DNA of 64,000 nucleotides. It comes from an uncultured delta proteobacterium (lineage in GTDB: Bacteria > Myxococcota > Myxococcia > Myxococcales > Myxococcaceae). Position 1 is the first letter of the stretch. Every line of letters begins with the position of its first letter. Both the position numbers and the translations under genes were made by a program. Under the pieces are notes generated by a model. The model made no database searches, was not told the origin of the DNA, and saw only the letters and a program-made list of their open reading frames with translations. Shown one piece after another: positions 60,078-64,000 of the stretch. The stretch spans positions 2,048,001 through 2,112,000 of the forward strand of contig CAWCKH010000004.1 in assembly GCA_963796055.1 (NCBI GenBank). Reading direction: 5' to 3'.

Positions 60078-61325
60078 ATGGACCACTTCCAGCCAGTCCG
60101 CGGGATTCTCCACGCCGAGGGCGTCTCGCTGGAGCGCATCGCCGCACGGGTGGGAACCCCGACCTACGTCTACTCCGAGGCGACCTTGCGCCGGCACTTC
60201 CGGGTGGTGGACGATGCCTTCGGCGGCGCGCCGCATCTGGTCTGCTACTCGGTCAAGGCCAGCGGGAACCTCGCCCTGCTCGCCTTACTCGCCCGCTGGG
60301 GCTCGGGCTTCGACGTGGTCTCCGGCGGCGAGCTGGCCCGGGTGCTCGAGGCCGGCGGCGACCCGGGCCGCACCGTCTTCGCCGGGGTGGGGAAGACCGA
60401 GCCCGAGATGGCCTTCGCGCTGCGCACCGGCATCGGGATGTTCAACGTGGAGAGCGCCGAGGAGCTGGAGGCGCTCGACCGGGTGGGACGTCGCCTCCGG
60501 CGGCGCGCGCCGTTTGCCATCCGGGTGAACCCCGGGGTGGACGCTGGCACGCACCGGCACATCTCCACCGGGCTCCCCACCTCCAAGTTCGGCGTCCCGT
60601 TCGCCGAGGCCCGCGCCCTCTACGGCCGCGCCCACCGGATGCGCGGGGTGCGCGCCCGCGGGGTGGATTGTCACATCGGCAGTCAGCTCACCCGGCTCGG
60701 CCCGCTCGGGGCGGCGCTCCGCCAGGTCGCCGGGCTGTACCGCCTGCTCCAGGGCGAGGGGCATCCGCTGGAGTGGCTCGACGTGGGGGGCGGTCTCGGC
60801 ATCCGCTACCGGGACGAGGAGCCGCCCTCCCCGGAACGCTGGGCAGCCACGGTGCGCGAGGCCACCGGCGACACCGGGGCCACGGTCCTGGTCGAGCCTG
60901 GCCGGGTGCTGGTGGGCAACGCGGGCGTGCTGCTCACCCGGGTGCTGTACCGGAAGCACGCCGGCGGGCGGACGCTGGTGGTGGTGGACGCGGGCATGAA
61001 CGACCTGCTCCGGCCCGCGCTCTACGGTGCCGAGCACGCCATCGTCCCGGTGCACCCCGGTCGAGGAAGGCGGCAGGCGGTGGACGTGGTGGGCCCGGTC
61101 TGCGAGTCCACCGACGTGCTGGGCCGCGATCGGCGCCTGGTGCTCCCCGAGCCGGGGGCACTGCTCGCCATCCGGGGCGCCGGCGCTTACGGGATGAGCA
61201 TGGCCAGCACCTACAACGGGCGGCCCCGGCCTGCCGAGGTGCTGGTCTCGGGCCCCCGGGCCCGGGTGGTGCGCCGGCGGGAGCGGGTGGAGGACCTCTG
61301 GCGCGGCGAGCCAGCCCGACGGTAG
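60078..61325 (+). CDS. lysA: Diaminopimelate decarboxylase
   Basis: GTPTYVYS, YSVKA, DVVSGGEL, SKFG, HIGSQ, EPGR, GPVCES.D, GAYG. Confidence 0.95.
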   Translation: MDHFQPVRGILHAEGVSLERIAARVGTPTYVYSEATLRRHFRVVDDAFGGAPHLVCYSVKASGNLALLALLARWGSGFDVVSGGELARVLEAGGDPGRTVFAGVGKTEPEMAFALRTGIGMFNVESAEELEALDRVGRRLRRRAPFAIRVNPGVDAGTHRHISTGLPTSKFGVPFAEARALYGRAHRMRGVRARGVDCHIGSQLTRLGPLGAALRQVAGLYRLLQGEGHPLEWLDVGGGLGIRYRDEEPPSPERWAATVREATGDTGATVLVEPGRVLVGNAGVLLTRVLYRKHAGGRTLVVVDAGMNDLLRPALYGAEHAIVPVHPGRGRRQAVDVVGPVCESTDVLGRDRRLVLPEPGALLAIRGAGAYGMSMASTYNGRPRPAEVLVSGPRARVVRRRERVEDLWRGEPARR

Positions 61326-61338
61326 GGTGACCGGCGCG

Positions 61339-62220
61339 ATGAAGCTCCAGGGATCGATGACTGCGCTGGCCACCCCGTTCCGCGGCGGGGCGCTGGACGA
61401 GGACGCGTACCGGGCGCTGGTGCGCCAGCAGCTCGCCGGCGGGACCGCGGGCCTGGTCCCCTGCGGAACCACCGGCGAGGCGGTGACCATGACCTCGGCC
61501 GAGCGGGTCCGGGCGGTGCGGGTCGTCGTCGAGGAAGCGAAGGGGCGTGTCCCGGTGGTGGCCGGGGCGGGGAGCAACAGCACCGCCGAGACCATCGAGG
61601 CGATGGGGCGGGTGCGCGAGGTGGGCGCCGACGCCGCGCTGATCGTCACCCCGTACTACAACAAGCCCAACCAGGCGGGCCTGCTCGAGCACTACCGCGC
61701 CTGCGTGCGGGCGCACCCCGGCTTCCCGATCGTGGTCTACAACGTGCCGGGACGCACCGGCGGGGACATCCTCCCCGAGACGATGCAGCGGCTGGGCGAG
61801 CTGGAGGAGATCGTCGCCATCAAGGAGGCGACCGCGAGCATGATCCGCGCCGTCGAGCTGCGCGAGAAGTGCGGGCCGCGGCTGACCATGCTCTCGGGGG
61901 ACGACTTCACCGTGGTGCCCTTCATCGCCTGCGGGGGCGAGGGTGTCATCTCGGTGTCCTCGAACGTGGCCCCGCGACTGATGGCGGACATGGTCGAGGC
62001 GGCCCGGCGCGGCGAGCGCGAGCGGGCGGTGGAGCTTCAAGTCCGGATGAATCCGCTGCACCGGCTGCTCTTCGCCGAGCCGAACCCCATTCCGGTGAAG
62101 TGGGCGCTTCACCTCCTGGGCATGTTCGGGCCGGAGATCCGGCTGCCGCTGGTGCCGCTGGGTGAGCCGCACCGCATCGCCCTGGCGACCGAGCTGCGCC
62201 GGCTGGGCCTGCTGGGCTGA
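61339..62220 (+). CDS. dapA: 4-hydroxy-tetrahydrodipicolinate synthase
   Basis: GTTGE, PYYNKP, YNVPGRT, IKEA, SGDD, NPIPVK. Confidence 0.95.
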   Translation: MKLQGSMTALATPFRGGALDEDAYRALVRQQLAGGTAGLVPCGTTGEAVTMTSAERVRAVRVVVEEAKGRVPVVAGAGSNSTAETIEAMGRVREVGADAALIVTPYYNKPNQAGLLEHYRACVRAHPGFPIVVYNVPGRTGGDILPETMQRLGELEEIVAIKEATASMIRAVELREKCGPRLTMLSGDDFTVVPFIACGGEGVISVSSNVAPRLMADMVEAARRGERERAVELQVRMNPLHRLLFAEPNPIPVKWALHLLGMFGPEIRLPLVPLGEPHRIALATELRRLGLLG

Positions 62221-62306
62221 GCGCCGGGTACGGGCAGCGGGTCAGATCCGTCCGGAGGTCAGGGAGAGCAGTCTCTGTACCGGCGGCCGCGCTGCGAGCT
62301 CGCTAG

Positions 62307-63200
62307 ATGGGTCCGGACATGGGCGATGGAAAGCGAACCTCGACGGGCGTCCTCTTCGCCCTCTGCTCCATCTTCATCGTCCAGATCGGCGCGGCGGCCT
62401 CGACCCCGGTGTTCGCCATCGTCGGCCCGGCCGGAACGGCGTGGCTCCGGCTGTGCTGGGCCGCGGTGATCTTCCTCGCCATCGCTCGACCGAGGCTCGG
62501 GTCCCTCCCGCGCCGTGACCTCGGGGCGGCCGTCCTGCTCGGGGTGGTGAGCGGCGGGATGACCATGACCTTCTTCGAGGCCATTGCCCGCATCCCCCTC
62601 GCCACCGCGGTGGCCATCGAGTTCCTCGGCCCGCTGTCGGTCGCCGTGCTCCGCCGGACCAACCGCTGGGGCCTGGTCTGGCCGCCGCTCGCCTTCGCCG
62701 GGGTGCTCCTGGTGACCCAGCCCTGGTCCGGGCTCACCGACCCGGTCGGCGTCGGCTTCGCGCTCGGCGCCGGCGTGTGCTGGGGCGCGTACATCCTCCT
62801 CACCCAGCGCATCGGCCAGCGCATTCACGGCGTCGGTGGGCTGGCGATCTCCATGCCCGCCGCCGCGCTGGCCGCCACGCCGGTCGGGCTCGCTCAGGCG
62901 GTCGGCCACCTGAGCCCGTGGGTGGTCCTCGTCTGCCTCGGGCTCGCGCTCATCCTGCCGGTCATTCCCTACACGCTCGAGTTGCTCGCGCTGCGCCGGC
63001 TCGACGCCGGGACGTTCGGCACCCTGATGAGCGTCGAGCCGGCGGCCGCGCTGCTGGTGGGCGCGGTGATGCTCCGCCAGGTTCCCGGCTGGGGACAGGC
63101 GCTCGGCATCGCGCTGGTGACGGTGGCGGCCGTCGGTGCAGCCCGCACGGGCCAGCGCACGGACGCGGCGGAGCCCGCCGTGGCGCCAGCCCCGGGCTGA
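62307..63200 (+). CDS. EamA-family exporter, RhtA-like
   Basis: VQIGAA, RIPLATAVAIEFLGP, PYTLELLALRRL, LMSVEPA. Confidence 0.85.
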   Translation: MGPDMGDGKRTSTGVLFALCSIFIVQIGAAASTPVFAIVGPAGTAWLRLCWAAVIFLAIARPRLGSLPRRDLGAAVLLGVVSGGMTMTFFEAIARIPLATAVAIEFLGPLSVAVLRRTNRWGLVWPPLAFAGVLLVTQPWSGLTDPVGVGFALGAGVCWGAYILLTQRIGQRIHGVGGLAISMPAAALAATPVGLAQAVGHLSPWVVLVCLGLALILPVIPYTLELLALRRLDAGTFGTLMSVEPAAALLVGAVMLRQVPGWGQALGIALVTVAAVGAARTGQRTDAAEPAVAPAPG

Positions 63201-63260
63201 TGGCTGATGGTCTCGGCTATGAGCGCGCTCCGGCCGCGGCCCGTGCTACATCGGGCGCCC

Positions 63261-64000
63261 GTGAGCGCCATCACCCTCCTGGTCGCCGGGGTCCCCGGTC
63301 GCATGGGCTCGGCCGTGGTCCGCGCCGCGGCCGAGGAGCCGGCGGTGAAGGTCGTGGGCGCGGTGGCCCGTCCGGGCACGCCTGCCCGGGGCCGCGACGT
63401 CGGAACGCTCTCCGGCATCTCGGCGCTTCACCTGCCGCTCCGGGACGATTTCGGCGCCGCGCTGGCCGACGTTCGTCCGGACGTCGCGGTGGACTTCACC
63501 ACCCCCGACGCGGCCGCCGACTTCGCCGAGGCCTGTGCCCGCCAGGCCGTGCCCTTCGTCACCGGGACCACCGGCTTCACCGTCGCCCAGCGTGAGCGGC
63601 TCGACCGGGCGGCCGCGCGCATCCCGCTGGTCATCTCCCCCAACATGTCGGTGGGCGTGCACGTGATGCTCGAGGCCGCCTCGCTCCTCGGCCGCGTCCT
63701 CGGCAGCGGCTGGGACGCCGAGGTGCTCGAGCTGCACCACCGGCTGAAGAAGGACGCCCCGAGCGGCACCGCGCTGCGCCTCGCCGAGGTGGTGGCCAAG
63801 GCCCGGGGGCAGGATGCCTCGGTCCTGCGGCTGGCACGCGCCGGACAGGTGGGCGAGCGCCCGCCGGGAGAGATCGGCGTGCAGACGCTCCGCGGCGGTG
63901 ACGTGGTCGGTGAGCACACCGTCTTCTTCCTCGCCCCGGGCGAGCGCATCGAGCTCAGCCACCGGGCGACGAGCCGTGACCAGTTCGCCAAGGGCGCGCT
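63261..64000 (+). CDS. dapB: 4-hydroxy-tetrahydrodipicolinate reductase (runs off window)
   Basis: G..GRMG, VDFT, GTTG, PNMSVG, ELHHRLKKDAPSGTA, RGGDVVGEH. Confidence 0.93.
   Translation, partial: MSAITLLVAGVPGRMGSAVVRAAAEEPAVKVVGAVARPGTPARGRDVGTLSGISALHLPLRDDFGAALADVRPDVAVDFTTPDAAADFAEACARQAVPFVTGTTGFTVAQRERLDRAAARIPLVISPNMSVGVHVMLEAASLLGRVLGSGWDAEVLELHHRLKKDAPSGTALRLAEVVAKARGQDASVLRLARAGQVGERPPGEIGVQTLRGGDVVGEHTVFFLAPGERIELSHRATSRDQFAKGA

Overview
Very GC-rich chromosomal window with about 55 densely packed CDS. It most likely comes from a myxobacterium, based on the TIGR04551-type outer-membrane protein, eukaryote-like Ser/Thr kinases and many Cys-rich lipoproteins; this is an inference from gene content. 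Most genes are housekeeping: prfC, rnd, ttcA, an RNase II/R, a tandem-domain ThyX, pduO-queG, Ku, Fe/Mn-SOD, mutM, mce and lysA-dapA-dapB. No tRNA, rRNA, CRISPR array, transposase or integrase was seen. Several patches of gene relics sit between core genes, mostly retaining only 3' ends or carrying internal deletions. They include a degenerate second copy of the prfC 3' end that brackets a kinase, and a decayed arsR-aquaporin operon beside a cluster of short repeats. A composite palindrome/hairpin element precedes prfC. Single-base insertions in otherwise intact genes (kinase, YyaL-like, ThyX) look like sequencing indels. No single unmistakable new system was found. The best candidates are an ATP-grasp ligase + GNAT + exported transglutaminase operon, a tandem ThyX with split catalytic motifs, a GT21 glycosyltransferase + metallophosphoesterase pair, and a ttcA + double-TerB + signal-less PhnD-like + GtrA operon. 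All family calls come from motif recognition by eye, not from database searches.
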